Counted from the first letter of the stretch, positions 7,449-17,189 are shown. The stretch is DNA of 31,504 nucleotides from a virus (IMGVR_UViG_3300043443_000254:1-31504), one strand, 5' to 3'. Notes: generated by a model not told the origin, from the sequence alone. Program-made: numbers and translations.

Positions 7449-9656
7449 TTAGACTTTCTGTCCACGATACACAGCTTTACGTACAGAGAAGCCTGATGTC
7501 TGCTCGGTCACAAAGTCAATCGTCGGAATACCGATGATACGGTAATCACCCTTGGTGGTTGTACCGTCAGGCTCCATAATCCGAACTACATCACCAAGCC
7601 AAAGCGGTCGGTTATTGCTAGACAAAACCAAGAAATCAGACTCCCACTCAATAAGAATGCGTCCGGTAGTCAAGCGGTCATAGAGGATGTCGCAAGCCTG
7701 ATCTACTGCATCCTGCGTGGTTAGTGCAGGGTCACGCAGTTGGTACGGTACTGGTCTGCCTCGCCAGTTGTACGGTCGTGATGCCGGTGCTGTGCTTGCA
7801 GTTTCCGCAGCTGAATCAACACGGCTCTTTGTTATAAACAATCCAGTTGCTGGGTCTTGCCCTACGACCTGCACCTGTGTTGCTTCCGGTGTTTCATAAT
7901 GGCTGGACATCCTTCGCACTACACGCTTAGGTCTTAACACTTCCGCTACACCTGCCGTGGTTGCCGTTGCGATGCTTTGGTATAGCGTCATTACCGGAGT
8001 GGTAGAAGCGTTAGGAGCGTCTTGCCAAACGTACGAATACCCGCTTGTAGTTGGCATCCATCCGACAATCCAGTTAGCGTAATAGTCATTCTTGAGCTTG
8101 TCTAGATAGCCGCCAACGGTATCGAAAAAGTCAGGTGCCAGAGCATACTGACCCTTTGAAATATTAGGACTGTACGGCAAATCAAGGAGTGGAGTATCAC
8201 CAGACAGGTACACGTTGCCGTCATACCCAGCGATTAGCATAAGGTCAATAATGGCGTTTACCGCTAGTAGTCCATCGTACGGGTAAGACTCCACGATGTA
8301 GGCAAGGTCAAAGTCACGTGAGCGGTCTTGACCAGAGTACACAAAGATACTCCAATCCTTGGTAGTATCGCCTTCCTCGTAGGTGATCTCAGGTGGTGTA
8401 AGCGTTCCGCGAAATATGTCTATCTCTGCTGGTGTTGGTGTAGCACCATCCGTCAAAGCAATCCTGATTGGACGGTCTGAGGTTATCTGTGGCTGGTCTA
8501 CACCAGCATCTGTGATTGGTTTCCTGCGGGTTGTCAGGCTACACGTAGCCCTGCCGTTATCATCTACGCTTATGCTTAGGCGTTCAACATCGCAAGTAAT
8601 GTCTACTGGGTCATCTGCTGTACTGCCTACCTCTGGATCGTAGACCAAGTCAAGTTCGTAAAATCCAAAGGTTGCAGATCCGGTACTGCTCGACAAAGTA
8701 ACCTTTGCCCGTACATCTGTAATGACACCGTTGGGAGTGTAGGCTGTTAGGTCATCCTTGACAACAGAATAAGACGCGGATGCAGAACCTGGACCGATTG
8801 CATCATAGGCGTAGGTATCGGTAAAAGTTGCTCCCGTTGGTGGTGCGTAGCGTAGTTTCTTGACTGGGCTTACACCATAACCACTGGTAGCAAACTGCAG
8901 TTTTGCAAGCTGTACGCTTGCCTGTCCTTGTGGCACTAACCAAGAGAATGCAGCAGCAGGTGTAATCGTGTTAGCCGTTGCCGGGGATAGGTCTGCGAAG
9001 ACATGGCTAAAAGCAAGCCCTGTAGAAGTGCTTACAACCAACTCACGCCTACGGCATGGAATCATCATGATGGTGATGAAGTCACTTGCTACCGATGACA
9101 AGTAGACGGCGTTTGCCTGTGGAGCGATGTTGGAATCGTTGCGCTGGTAAGTTCCAACCAAAGAACCCGACTTGTACACCTGTGCGCTACCGTTAGCTGC
9201 AAACCATACCTCAACAGAGCCAGCAGAGCCTACACCCCAACCAGCCTTTAGAATCACCGTATCGTCGGAATCCTTGAGCCCCGGTACATACAGGCTTATG
9301 TATGCTGGCTGGTTAGCACTCCATGCTGTTGTGAGCGTTGCACGTTCGGTTACATTGAGGCTTTGCAGGTAGTAGTCACCTGATGCCTTGATCTGCATTT
9401 GCTTCCAAGATGCAGCCGTTGTCAGCGTATAATCACTCTTCTGAAACCTTGCGTAGTTGCCGGCATATGTTGTGCGCCATGCTGCGGTAACCGGAAGCGG
9501 AGCAAGCATCAAGGTTAGCGTAGAAGGCTCTAGCCAGACATTGCTACTTTTAGATAAATCCCAAGTCGTACCGTCAGCTGCAACAATCAAACGCCCCTTT
9601 TGAGGGCGTGGTTCTGGGCAGTCTACTTCGATCTTAAGCGGCCAAGAGTTTGCCAT
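7449..9656 (-). CDS. Minor tail protein (tail tip / hub-like)
   Basis: 735 aa directly after the tape measure; C-terminal LWLGDVVRI...YRIIGI resembles hub-protein C-termini. Confidence 0.65.
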   Translation of the reverse strand: MANSWPLKIEVDCPEPRPQKGRLIVAADGTTWDLSKSSNVWLEPSTLTLMLAPLPVTAAWRTTYAGNYARFQKSDYTLTTAASWKQMQIKASGDYYLQSLNVTERATLTTAWSANQPAYISLYVPGLKDSDDTVILKAGWGVGSAGSVEVWFAANGSAQVYKSGSLVGTYQRNDSNIAPQANAVYLSSVASDFITIMMIPCRRRELVVSTSTGLAFSHVFADLSPATANTITPAAAFSWLVPQGQASVQLAKLQFATSGYGVSPVKKLRYAPPTGATFTDTYAYDAIGPGSASASYSVVKDDLTAYTPNGVITDVRAKVTLSSSTGSATFGFYELDLVYDPEVGSTADDPVDITCDVERLSISVDDNGRATCSLTTRRKPITDAGVDQPQITSDRPIRIALTDGATPTPAEIDIFRGTLTPPEITYEEGDTTKDWSIFVYSGQDRSRDFDLAYIVESYPYDGLLAVNAIIDLMLIAGYDGNVYLSGDTPLLDLPYSPNISKGQYALAPDFFDTVGGYLDKLKNDYYANWIVGWMPTTSGYSYVWQDAPNASTTPVMTLYQSIATATTAGVAEVLRPKRVVRRMSSHYETPEATQVQVVGQDPATGLFITKSRVDSAAETASTAPASRPYNWRGRPVPYQLRDPALTTQDAVDQACDILYDRLTTGRILIEWESDFLVLSSNNRPLWLGDVVRIMEPDGTTTKGDYRIIGIPTIDFVTEQTSGFSVRKAVYRGQKV

Positions 9657-11365
9657 CAGAACCTCTTCATAATTCCGGGAGTGCCGTTCTTACGAGCTTC
9701 GTCCCGCATGATGCGTCTTACCGAACGTTCAAGCTCTGTTCCTGCCGGAATCAAGCCGTTATTACCACCACCAAAGAAATCGCCCATTCTGATACCACCG
9801 CCACCACCTACGGCAAGTTCTCCAGCGGTAACACCTAATGCACCCATTTTGCCACCACCGAGTGTCTCACGGCGTAGCGTCAAAGCGTCTGCGGTTGTCT
9901 TGGTGTTGTCTGCAATCTTGCCGAGCATCCCGGTTATGGAGTCTCCACCCATGCCACCAGTACCTTGAGCGCCACCAAATATCATCCCCGGTGGTAAACC
10001 TTGAGGACCAAGCCTACCCAAGATTGCATCTTGATACTCACGAGCCTTTTGATTTGCAATGTCTATAACGGACGGCAACATATAATTTGGACCCATTGGT
10101 GATATTTTGGGTGGTTGTAAATCTTGTGTTTTTCTTGGTAAAAATGCACCCTGATTAGGTGCAAGTATTCCAACATTAGGAATTTCGCCACCGGGTAATT
10201 GCACGGCACCAAGCGTCAATATAGCAATCGCTTTTTTTAGTCCGGTCAATATTGGCTGTATAAATTCTACAAAGGCTGTTCCAAAATCCTGAACACCAGT
10301 ACTAAAAGCAGTCATAAGTTCATTCCACTTACCAGCTGCCCAGTCATATGCTTCACCGAAATAATAAATCATAGACTCTTTTACGAATCTAAATGTCTCA
10401 CCCATATCATGGACAATTGCAGTCCAAAAATGTGGAATCTGACTCATGTAAGCCAGAATGTTTGCAATTACTCCGACCATGAGTTGTTGGAAGTTTGCAA
10501 CATCTGTACCCCTAAGGAAACTAGCAAACACATCTTGGATTACACCGCTCTTGCCGATAGCAGTAAACACCTCACCGATTTGTTTACCAATGTTAGTAAT
10601 CAAATCAATAAGACGCATTGTGCCACCTTCGGCACTTCCAAAGATGTCAAGGATGCCACGACCAATCGGAAGGAACGCCTGCTCTAGAGCATCCTGTAGA
10701 TTCTCAAACGTAGTTAAGGCTGATTGCGTAGCCTTCGGTAGTTGTTCAAGACCGGAGATAATGCGCTTGATGGCTTCATCTGCTGTAATGCCCATCTTCT
10801 GGATCGCTTCAGTTGATGCCGTACCAAAAGCAGAAACCAACACCTGCCGGATCTGCGGTACACGCTCGGCTATCTGGTTGATTTCCTCAGCTGATATCTG
10901 ACCCTTAGATGCAATCTGACCAAGTGCCAGGATTACACCGTCTAGTTCGGACTTACCCTTACCAACCAGAGCAAGCGCATTGCCGAAAGCCATCAATGCT
11001 CGCTCGGCTGTCTGTGCGTTCAGTCCTGCGGCTTCCAACTGAAGAACACCCGCACGAACCTCTGTAAGCCCCAATCCGGGAAGTTTGGCTATCTCCTGAA
11101 GCCTACTTAGTTGGGCTTGTAGTTCCTGTGCATTCTTGGCATACGCCGCTAATCCACGTACCTGTGAATCATAAGCCATGGCAGCTTGCACACCTGTCAC
11201 GGTGGCAAAGCTTGCCTGCGCTACTTCAAGCAACCGAGTAGCATCAGCGGCTGTTCGGATTGCTTCACCGACAGAACGTGCAGAAGAACCTACACGCTGT
11301 AAGGCACGGACAGCAGCGGCTTCACCGATAACCGATATCTTGGCTGTGAGTTCCGCTACTGTCAT
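9656..11365 (-). CDS. Tail tape measure protein
   Basis: MTVAELTAKIS start, LGQIASKGQISAEEINQIAERVP tape-measure motif, position after the chaperone. Confidence 0.92.
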   Translation of the reverse strand: MTVAELTAKISVIGEAAAVRALQRVGSSARSVGEAIRTAADATRLLEVAQASFATVTGVQAAMAYDSQVRGLAAYAKNAQELQAQLSRLQEIAKLPGLGLTEVRAGVLQLEAAGLNAQTAERALMAFGNALALVGKGKSELDGVILALGQIASKGQISAEEINQIAERVPQIRQVLVSAFGTASTEAIQKMGITADEAIKRIISGLEQLPKATQSALTTFENLQDALEQAFLPIGRGILDIFGSAEGGTMRLIDLITNIGKQIGEVFTAIGKSGVIQDVFASFLRGTDVANFQQLMVGVIANILAYMSQIPHFWTAIVHDMGETFRFVKESMIYYFGEAYDWAAGKWNELMTAFSTGVQDFGTAFVEFIQPILTGLKKAIAILTLGAVQLPGGEIPNVGILAPNQGAFLPRKTQDLQPPKISPMGPNYMLPSVIDIANQKAREYQDAILGRLGPQGLPPGMIFGGAQGTGGMGGDSITGMLGKIADNTKTTADALTLRRETLGGGKMGALGVTAGELAVGGGGGIRMGDFFGGGNNGLIPAGTELERSVRRIMRDEARKNGTPGIMKRF

Positions 11366-11912
11366 TACCTGCCTCCAAACAATGCGCTAACCATCTCGAC
11401 TTGTTGTTTTTCTATCTCTTGTCCTATCATCGCAACTTCTGCGATTTGGTCAAGCGTTAGATCGGTCTCTGATGGATGCCGGTTGAGATACTTCACGGTG
11501 TAGTAGGCAACCTGACCTGCTACACCTCGGAGCCGTTTTTTGCGTCTTTGACCCTGCCTTGTAAGTCATCTGTTGGATACCAACTAATGAACTCACCGAG
11601 GATGCGAAAGAACGTCTGCTTACTGGTACGTGCCAGATTACCGAATGCCCGTAATGGCGATTCCTCAGCTGCGTCTGTAGGGTCTGGTACATAGCACCGA
11701 CCAAGAAGGTAAATCTGGTACAGCATTGCTTCGGGGAACTCGGCGAATGCCACACGCAGGGATTGCAGCTCTTTGGAATCTGGGAAGAGGTCAGCCGCCT
11801 TCGGTTCACGAAAACGGAGTTCTGCGCCATCACCAGCGATGTCCGACAAGTCGACCACTAGGGTTCCCTTGTCGGCATCTTTCGGGATTTGTTTTAGGTT
11901 ACTTAGTGCCAT
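11365..11912 (-). CDS. Tail assembly chaperone, long (GT-like) form via -1 frameshift at A AAA AAC (11541-11535)
   Basis: The -1 frame reads KRLRGVAGQVAYYTVKYLNRHPSETDLTLDQIAEVAM...LFGGR* and ends in TAATG overlapping the tape measure start, filling the otherwise empty gap. Confidence 0.85.
11520..11912 (-). CDS. Tail assembly chaperone, short (G-like) form
   Basis: 130 aa between tail tube and tape measure; ends ...DAKN-GSEV at the slippery site. Confidence 0.85.
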   Translation of the reverse strand: MALSNLKQIPKDADKGTLVVDLSDIAGDGAELRFREPKAADLFPDSKELQSLRVAFAEFPEAMLYQIYLLGRCYVPDPTDAAEESPLRAFGNLARTSKQTFFRILGEFISWYPTDDLQGRVKDAKNGSEV

Positions 11913-11923
11913 GCGCTAGTGTA

Positions 11924-12358
11924 CTACGACCAAGCGGTAGCAACTCCGTTAGTACCAAGGGTAACTGTAGCGGACTCGGTTACGGCTTCCTCGTTTGCAA
12001 CACTTAGACCAGTAGCGGTAACAACACCAACGAAGGTCTTAGCGGTAAGGCTTCCCGGGGTTACTACGATCTGGCAATAGTAACCATCCTTGCCGTAGAA
12101 GATTGGACCGACAACCGAATCAACCAAGAACTCGACTTCAACACTACCGTTTGCCTTGGTTACCTGAGCTTTGTTCTGAGCATCGCAGAGTGCGCTAACG
12201 TCAACGCTGTTTACCGATGTTGAAAAGCGAACCGAGCGAGCAATACAGGTGTAGGTTTCAGCCGTAAAGGTGGAAGGCGCACCGTCTTGGTAACCACCAA
12301 AAGCAACGGTTACAACACAGTTTTCACCGATAAGGGCAGATGTACGTGAGAATGGCAT
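11924..12358 (-). CDS. Major tail (tube) protein
   Basis: 144-aa beta-rich protein between tail terminator and chaperone; AGGAG RBS. Confidence 0.75.
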   Translation of the reverse strand: MPFSRTSALIGENCVVTVAFGGYQDGAPSTFTAETYTCIARSVRFSTSVNSVDVSALCDAQNKAQVTKANGSVEVEFLVDSVVGPIFYGKDGYYCQIVVTPGSLTAKTFVGVVTATGLSVANEEAVTESATVTLGTNGVATAWS

Positions 12359-12367
12359 ATGTTACTC

Positions 12368-12847
12368 CTATTGTTGTGTGACCATACGGTACACCGCCGT
12401 CACTCCAAAGTCTGTCCGACCACCGCTCTCTAAACCGAACGTTTGAGCTGTTGATTCCCTCCGGCAATAGAACCGTGGCGAGGTACTCGAAACGTGCTGA
12501 TTATCAAGCAATGTGTCTATACGGGACATGATCGCAGCACTCTGTGACATGGACACCGCACCACTTGCAGTATCCCACACGGTGATTCTGTAGGTCGGAT
12601 AAGTAAAGACCCGGCTACCGCAAAGCACGTCTTGGTCTTGCCCGGCATTACCTGCACGGTCAAAGACGATGTAAGGCGTAATCGGTTGCTTCCGACTGAT
12701 CGGGTCTACCTGTGGGGCAATGGTGTTGTATACGCTCATCTGGAAGCCAGAAGGCTTGTTATCAGGAGCAAGCAAACCCATAAGCGTAGTATCGCCTGTC
12801 AAGGTTTCGTAGATCCATTGCTCGATTACTGCTGGCTCAAATGCCAT
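12368..12847 (-). CDS. Tail terminator / completion protein (DUF3168-like)
   Basis: IYETLTGDTTLMGLL...VYNTIAP...PYIVF...YRITVWD pattern and synteny. Confidence 0.75.
   Translation of the reverse strand: MAFEPAVIEQWIYETLTGDTTLMGLLAPDNKPSGFQMSVYNTIAPQVDPISRKQPITPYIVFDRAGNAGQDQDVLCGSRVFTYPTYRITVWDTASGAVSMSQSAAIMSRIDTLLDNQHVSSTSPRFYCRRESTAQTFGLESGGRTDFGVTAVYRMVTQQ
12569..12579 (-). promoter_or_regulatory. Late promoter motif TGTGGGATACT (intragenic, ~210 nt upstream of the tail tube gene)
   Basis: Exact copy of the 11-mer found before three structural genes. Confidence 0.55.
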
Positions 12848-13263
12848 TACTTGCCACCCTTCAGGATAACCTTACACGCTGCTTGAAAAGACGGGGCTAC
12901 ATACTCAACAGCGGGACGTAGAAACGGTCTTGCAGGTACATGGTTGCCAGCCTTCGATATCCACCCCAGTTCCAGCGGTACTCCGTACTTTGCTTCAACC
13001 ACAACAAGATAAGACGTTGCAGTCAATGGTTTTGCCTTGATGCTTCCTGTCAGCGTTCCTGTATCGCTGTTAGGTGGAGTGCCTGGAGGGCTTGACCAGT
13101 GATCGCCATATTGTCGATACTTGCCGGAGTTCATGGCAATGCTTTTGCTTGCTTCACCTTGTATGTCCGCAGCAGCTTTGCCAACAACCTGAGACAGCCT
13201 TCCCAGATTCTTCTGGTAGGCTTGCAGGTTTACCTGCTTCAGGCTGTAGGAAACCTTTATCAC
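12847..13263 (-). CDS. HK97 gp10-like neck/tail completion protein
   Basis: SPPGTPPNSDTGTLTGSI...YGVPLELG...PARPFLRPA motifs. Confidence 0.85.
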   Translation of the reverse strand: MIKVSYSLKQVNLQAYQKNLGRLSQVVGKAAADIQGEASKSIAMNSGKYRQYGDHWSSPPGTPPNSDTGTLTGSIKAKPLTATSYLVVVEAKYGVPLELGWISKAGNHVPARPFLRPAVEYVAPSFQAACKVILKGGK

Positions 13264-13613
13264 GGAGCCAGAACCTCAATCTCAAGTGGACCAAAGCGCC
13301 TCACCGTGCTAGACACCGTGAAGGAAATCGTTAGCCGGATATCAGCCGCTGTCCCATATGCCGCAGGATTCAGAACAGACAGGATGCCTTGTGCGCTGTA
13401 CTGCTTGGTGAGCGTCACACTCCCACCGCCAAACGAGTAACTAGATCCGGTAGCAATGTTAGTAAAGGTAGCACCAAGCGTACCTGTCGTAATGTCTACA
13501 GGGCTTCCCAGTTCGTCAACCAAGCGTACGACATAGGAGTGCCAGTCTCCGACCCATGCGGAGACTTGCACGACCTGCTGAGGGTCTTCCGTCAAATCAA
13601 AGATAAGAGCCAT
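13260..13613 (-). CDS. Small virion protein, BppU-N/Ig-like fold
   Basis: GD...LVDELGSPVDITTGT pattern, similar to the C-terminal domain of the upstream fibre (CVDNNGAGIDITSAT...FGPLRI vs FGPLEI). Confidence 0.5.
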   Translation of the reverse strand: MALIFDLTEDPQQVVQVSAWVGDWHSYVVRLVDELGSPVDITTGTLGATFTNIATGSSYSFGGGSVTLTKQYSAQGILSVLNPAAYGTAADIRLTISFTVSSTVRRFGPLEIEVLAP

Positions 13614-15637
13614 TAGATATCCCTCACATAGATGCGTAATGGGCCGAATACCTGCGTATCGCTTGCACCCGTTGTGCGTGTAATGGTTGCAGTGTAAGTG
13701 CCTGGAGTGTTCGTTACCGTCGTATCGATTGTAAACTGCGCACGTCCATCAGCTGCATAGGTTGCCGTACAGGAGTAAGTGTCAACCAAGGTAGCACCAC
13801 TGTTGTAGACCTTAGCCGTAACCGTTGCTGAGGTGATATCAATCCCTGCGCCGTTGTTGTCTACACACTGAATATCGATGCCGTGCTGTGCGCCCTTCTG
13901 AATGTCAAGTGGATCAGATGCACCCAAGCCATCAGCCCTAACCTCAAAAGGGCCCATGCGAACAAGAGCGGCTGATGTTACAGGGGTAACCAACTCGGCA
14001 TTGACATACTCACCAAACGTGCCAGCCGTTGTGTGTCCGCTTCGAGCTTCATCCCATACTGCGTCAGCGATAGACCCTGTGTTGATGTTGGTATTGACGT
14101 ACTCGCCAAAGGTTCCAGCCGTTGCGTAGGACGAGCGTACAGCGTTCCAAACTGCACCAGCAGTCTGCGCTTCCGTCAAGCCACCACTGCTCAGCTTGAC
14201 CGTCATTACCGCACCGTTAGTACCAGATGCACCACGTACAACAATCGTGACATCGTCAGCACCAGAAGCAAGCGCAGCATCAGGGATGTCCAATCTGTAC
14301 ACGCCCGGCATGTTGGTTGCGTCAACCTCCGCAAAGCCACCAGCAGTCCACGCCTGAGCGATTGTACGGGCTACTAGAGGAATGCTTACAGATACAGTGC
14401 GTGTGCGGTTGTATCGGGCTGTTAGACCACTTGTGGAGGCAGTGAGACCTGTAGCACCTAGATAGAGTTCGATGGACTGTGATGTGCTTCCGGGAGCGAT
14501 TGTGATGGTACTGGCGTTACGCTCGGTTGGATTGTACTGCCCGATACCTGAGAGACTCCTGTAGGTGACCGCTCCTGCGTCTGGCGTTGCACCTGTCCAT
14601 GTCACACCATAAGCATCCGTTACAGGCGCATTTGTCGCTATACCGAATCCTGTATTTCTTGAGTTTTTCAATGTGCCGAACGGAGCAATATCTCCAAATC
14701 CCTGCAAAAGGTTTTGCATAAGGTCAATACCAAGAAAGTCTGAAACAACAGTCGTAGCAGACGATGAAACATTACTTAATTGGTTGGTGCAATTAATAAT
14801 ATTGTATTGTTGTGAAATTATATTCGTTGCAGTAGATTGGATTCCGGTAGTACCAGACGCCAATATGCAGTTTTGTACTGTGTGAGTGTTAGTTGTGTTG
14901 CCACGTTCTATGTTTACACAAGTGGTAGCCGTAACAAAACAGTTTGATATCAATACAGAAGACGTTGTTGTTCCACTTTGTGGTAATGAATATATTCCTG
15001 TGCTATTGTTGTAACACCCGCAAATAACGCGACAATTTTGTACAGATACACCAGATACTCCAGACGTAGAAACTGGAAGTCGTATCCTTATGCCTATTGA
15101 ACCACCAAAAAAAATTGAATTTTTTACAGAAATTTCATTATTAGTTGTATTTGGAGTCTCAATTTCTAAACACGCTGCAGGAGTACCTGCATAATACACA
15201 CCATATACAACAACCCTATTTATTGTTGTATTTGTCCCAGATATTATAAATGTTGAAACAGTTTGACTTGTTGCACCTTCCAAAACAACATCTTGAATTG
15301 TTATGTATGATTTAGCATTTGTATTAATGCGTGTACCAGTGGCGCTTGTTGAACTATCGTTTACAGCTCCTGTAATACGCACCTGATCAGCAGTGATACC
15401 ACTGAACTGTGACGCAGTCGGGTCTCCTGCAATCACAAGAGTATTACTTACTGTAGGCGTAACTGTCAGCGTGACAGACTCACGATATACACCGGGGGCA
15501 ATGTATAGAGTGTTTACGCCAGTGGTAAGTGTCATGTTTGCAAATGCATATGCGATGGTTTGCCACGCTTGATTTGTGGCTGGCCCAGTGCCAGTGTTTG
15601 CATTATTGCCGTCATTACGAACATAGTAGGTTGCCAT
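13613..15637 (-). CDS. Fibre/spike protein with N-terminal pectin-lyase-like beta-helix
   Basis: ATYYVRNDGNNANTG...AWQTIAYA...LYIAPGVYRE start, Asn/Thr-rich beta-helix repeats, PDAGA end motif, two 31-aa repeats and a C-terminal Ig-like domain. Confidence 0.7.
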   Translation of the reverse strand: MATYYVRNDGNNANTGTGPATNQAWQTIAYAFANMTLTTGVNTLYIAPGVYRESVTLTVTPTVSNTLVIAGDPTASQFSGITADQVRITGAVNDSSTSATGTRINTNAKSYITIQDVVLEGATSQTVSTFIISGTNTTINRVVVYGVYYAGTPAACLEIETPNTTNNEISVKNSIFFGGSIGIRIRLPVSTSGVSGVSVQNCRVICGCYNNSTGIYSLPQSGTTTSSVLISNCFVTATTCVNIERGNTTNTHTVQNCILASGTTGIQSTATNIISQQYNIINCTNQLSNVSSSATTVVSDFLGIDLMQNLLQGFGDIAPFGTLKNSRNTGFGIATNAPVTDAYGVTWTGATPDAGAVTYRSLSGIGQYNPTERNASTITIAPGSTSQSIELYLGATGLTASTSGLTARYNRTRTVSVSIPLVARTIAQAWTAGGFAEVDATNMPGVYRLDIPDAALASGADDVTIVVRGASGTNGAVMTVKLSSGGLTEAQTAGAVWNAVRSSYATAGTFGEYVNTNINTGSIADAVWDEARSGHTTAGTFGEYVNAELVTPVTSAALVRMGPFEVRADGLGASDPLDIQKGAQHGIDIQCVDNNGAGIDITSATVTAKVYNSGATLVDTYSCTATYAADGRAQFTIDTTVTNTPGTYTATITRTTGASDTQVFGPLRIYVRDI
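14000..14160 (-). repeat. Two-copy 93-nt coding tandem repeat (AVWxxxRSxxxTAGTFGEYVN)
   Basis: AGAVWNAVRSSYATAGTFGEYVN and ADAVWDEARSGHTTAGTFGEYVN, period 93 nt. Confidence 0.85.
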
Positions 15638-15864
15638 TATTCAGCTGTTCCTGAAACAATTTCTTGAGCCATAATCACAGCAAACTGATTGCTGTAACCT
15701 TGCTGAAACTGTGCGTCTTGTAAAGCCCACCAAGCAAAGATTGACGTGCCATTCTCGCCAAACGTGCCGAGTAGGTTGCCATCGTTATCATAGATGTCAC
15801 CGAATACAAACCAATCACCGGGCGTGTTCGGGTTAGGTTCTAAACGGTAATTTTGAAGGTTCAT
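15637..15864 (-). CDS. Hypothetical protein (partner of the fibre gene)
   Basis: 75 aa, start/stop overlaps on both sides. Confidence 0.7.
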   Translation of the reverse strand: MNLQNYRLEPNPNTPGDWFVFGDIYDNDGNLLGTFGENGTSIFAWWALQDAQFQQGYSNQFAVIMAQEIVSGTAE

Positions 15865-16112
15865 TTGCCCACCTTCAGGCTGTTAGCCTCAACACCCTTG
15901 AAAGGCATCGTCAAGAAAGCTAGAACACTAGACACCGCAGCGGAGACACCAGCCGCTACCGCCTTGCTCCCGTAGAGTGCCAGCACTGCGCCAAGCTCGG
16001 CAACATCCTGCGCTTGTGCAGTACGAATGCCATCACCGAAAACGGTCGTGAAGGAAGCCACGAAAGCCACGATCACAACTACGACCAATCGCTTGATTGA
16101 AATTCCATTCAT
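15861..16112 (-). CDS. Putative holin / small two-TM membrane protein
   Basis: Two hydrophobic segments, basic C-terminus. Confidence 0.5.
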   Translation of the reverse strand: MNGISIKRLVVVVIVAFVASFTTVFGDGIRTAQAQDVAELGAVLALYGSKAVAAGVSAAVSSVLAFLTMPFKGVEANSLKVGK

Positions 16113-16333
16113 GTTCTTCGTGCCTCCATCGCTGAAACCTTATTCTCTAACTTGCCTAGCCGTTGTTCTATCATCCGGACTTCTTGCCCTTGGCGATCGA
16201 GCGATTGAATTATGTTAGCGTTCTGTACTTCGAGTTTAGCAAGACGTACCTGCAAGGCAACCCAAGCCGAACCAATCGCAAACAACGTCACAAAAGCTTG
16301 GATGCCCATCTGCACCCACATTTCAGGGCTCAT
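16109..16333 (-). CDS. N-terminal TM plus coiled-coil protein (holin/antiholin-like)
   Basis: WVQMGIQAFVTLFAIGSAWVAL followed by heptad repeats. Confidence 0.55.
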   Translation of the reverse strand: MSPEMWVQMGIQAFVTLFAIGSAWVALQVRLAKLEVQNANIIQSLDRQGQEVRMIEQRLGKLENKVSAMEARRT

Positions 16334-16695
16334 GCCGTCCTCTCCACTAATCCTACGTGCTGTACTAAAAGGTCGGTCTGTCCAAAGTCTGTACCGACCA
16401 CATCGTAATACTTGGAATCGTCACCCGTGACATAGACCCTATCGTGAGCCATTACATCAGCCGATACCGGCAGAGTAACACTCCAACCTGCTGATGGCTG
16501 GATGCCACCGCCTACAATGCTCTCGGTGTCGCTCTGGTTGCTTATCCTGCCCTTGTAATCGGCAACCTTGCGCCATGTCTCAGTAACACCGCCTCTGCCG
16601 TCTTCGGTCAGGGTAAAGCGGTGTACCTCAATAGGTGTCTGGCAGAGGTTACGAACCAAGCCAGCCTGTAGCGTTGCACGGAGGATAGGGCTCAT
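16330..16695 (-). CDS. Head closure / stopper protein (SPP1 gp16-like)
   Basis: TEDGRGGVTETW...LPVSADVMAHDRV...YDVV pattern. Confidence 0.8.
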   Translation of the reverse strand: MSPILRATLQAGLVRNLCQTPIEVHRFTLTEDGRGGVTETWRKVADYKGRISNQSDTESIVGGGIQPSAGWSVTLPVSADVMAHDRVYVTGDDSKYYDVVGTDFGQTDLLVQHVGLVERTA

Positions 16696-17189
16696 GCGAA
16701 CACCACCGGACGATACTTTTCAGCCATCTCAATGCAGTGCGCTTTGAGTTGGCTTAGCTTCACATCTGATGTGCCTTCCTTTGCGTCAATGTCAGAAGCA
16801 CATCGAGAGGCTTTGATAAGCCACGCTTGGCGTGTAGCTGAGCGAACATCATAACGCTCTACATTGATTGAGCCCATGTCAACCCAAGTTAGTACCGGAT
16901 CAGATGAACCATCCTCAATCGTGAAGCCTTTGAACTGGTACGCAGGGTAAGCCGGATAGTCTGGCTCGGTGCTGTCGCTTGTCCCTGCTACTCGGCACTC
17001 GTATACACGACCGTTAGGCGTTACTGGTACAACCCGGTCACCGACAGAGTAAGCCGTGCTGGCGGTCCATGTGCTGAACCGTGACAGACTATCAAGGATA
17101 GACCCTATATCGGTGGTGGACATCTGCGGATAGGACTGGGCATCCACAAATAAGGATACCTGTGCTATCGCCTCGGCTCGTGTCATCAT
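16692..17189 (-). CDS. Head-tail adaptor with inserted CBM5/12-like module
   Basis: First gene after the capsid; YDVRSATRQAWLIKAS...KLSQLKAHCIEMAEKYR adaptor-like; internal WTASTAYSVGDRV...NGRVYECRVAGTS. Confidence 0.7.
   Translation of the reverse strand: MMTRAEAIAQVSLFVDAQSYPQMSTTDIGSILDSLSRFSTWTASTAYSVGDRVVPVTPNGRVYECRVAGTSDSTEPDYPAYPAYQFKGFTIEDGSSDPVLTWVDMGSINVERYDVRSATRQAWLIKASRCASDIDAKEGTSDVKLSQLKAHCIEMAEKYRPVVFA

Noticed and set aside
11450-11833. 127-aa ORF overlapping the tail chaperone
   Set aside because: Wrong frame for the -1 product, no protein-like features; shadow ORF.
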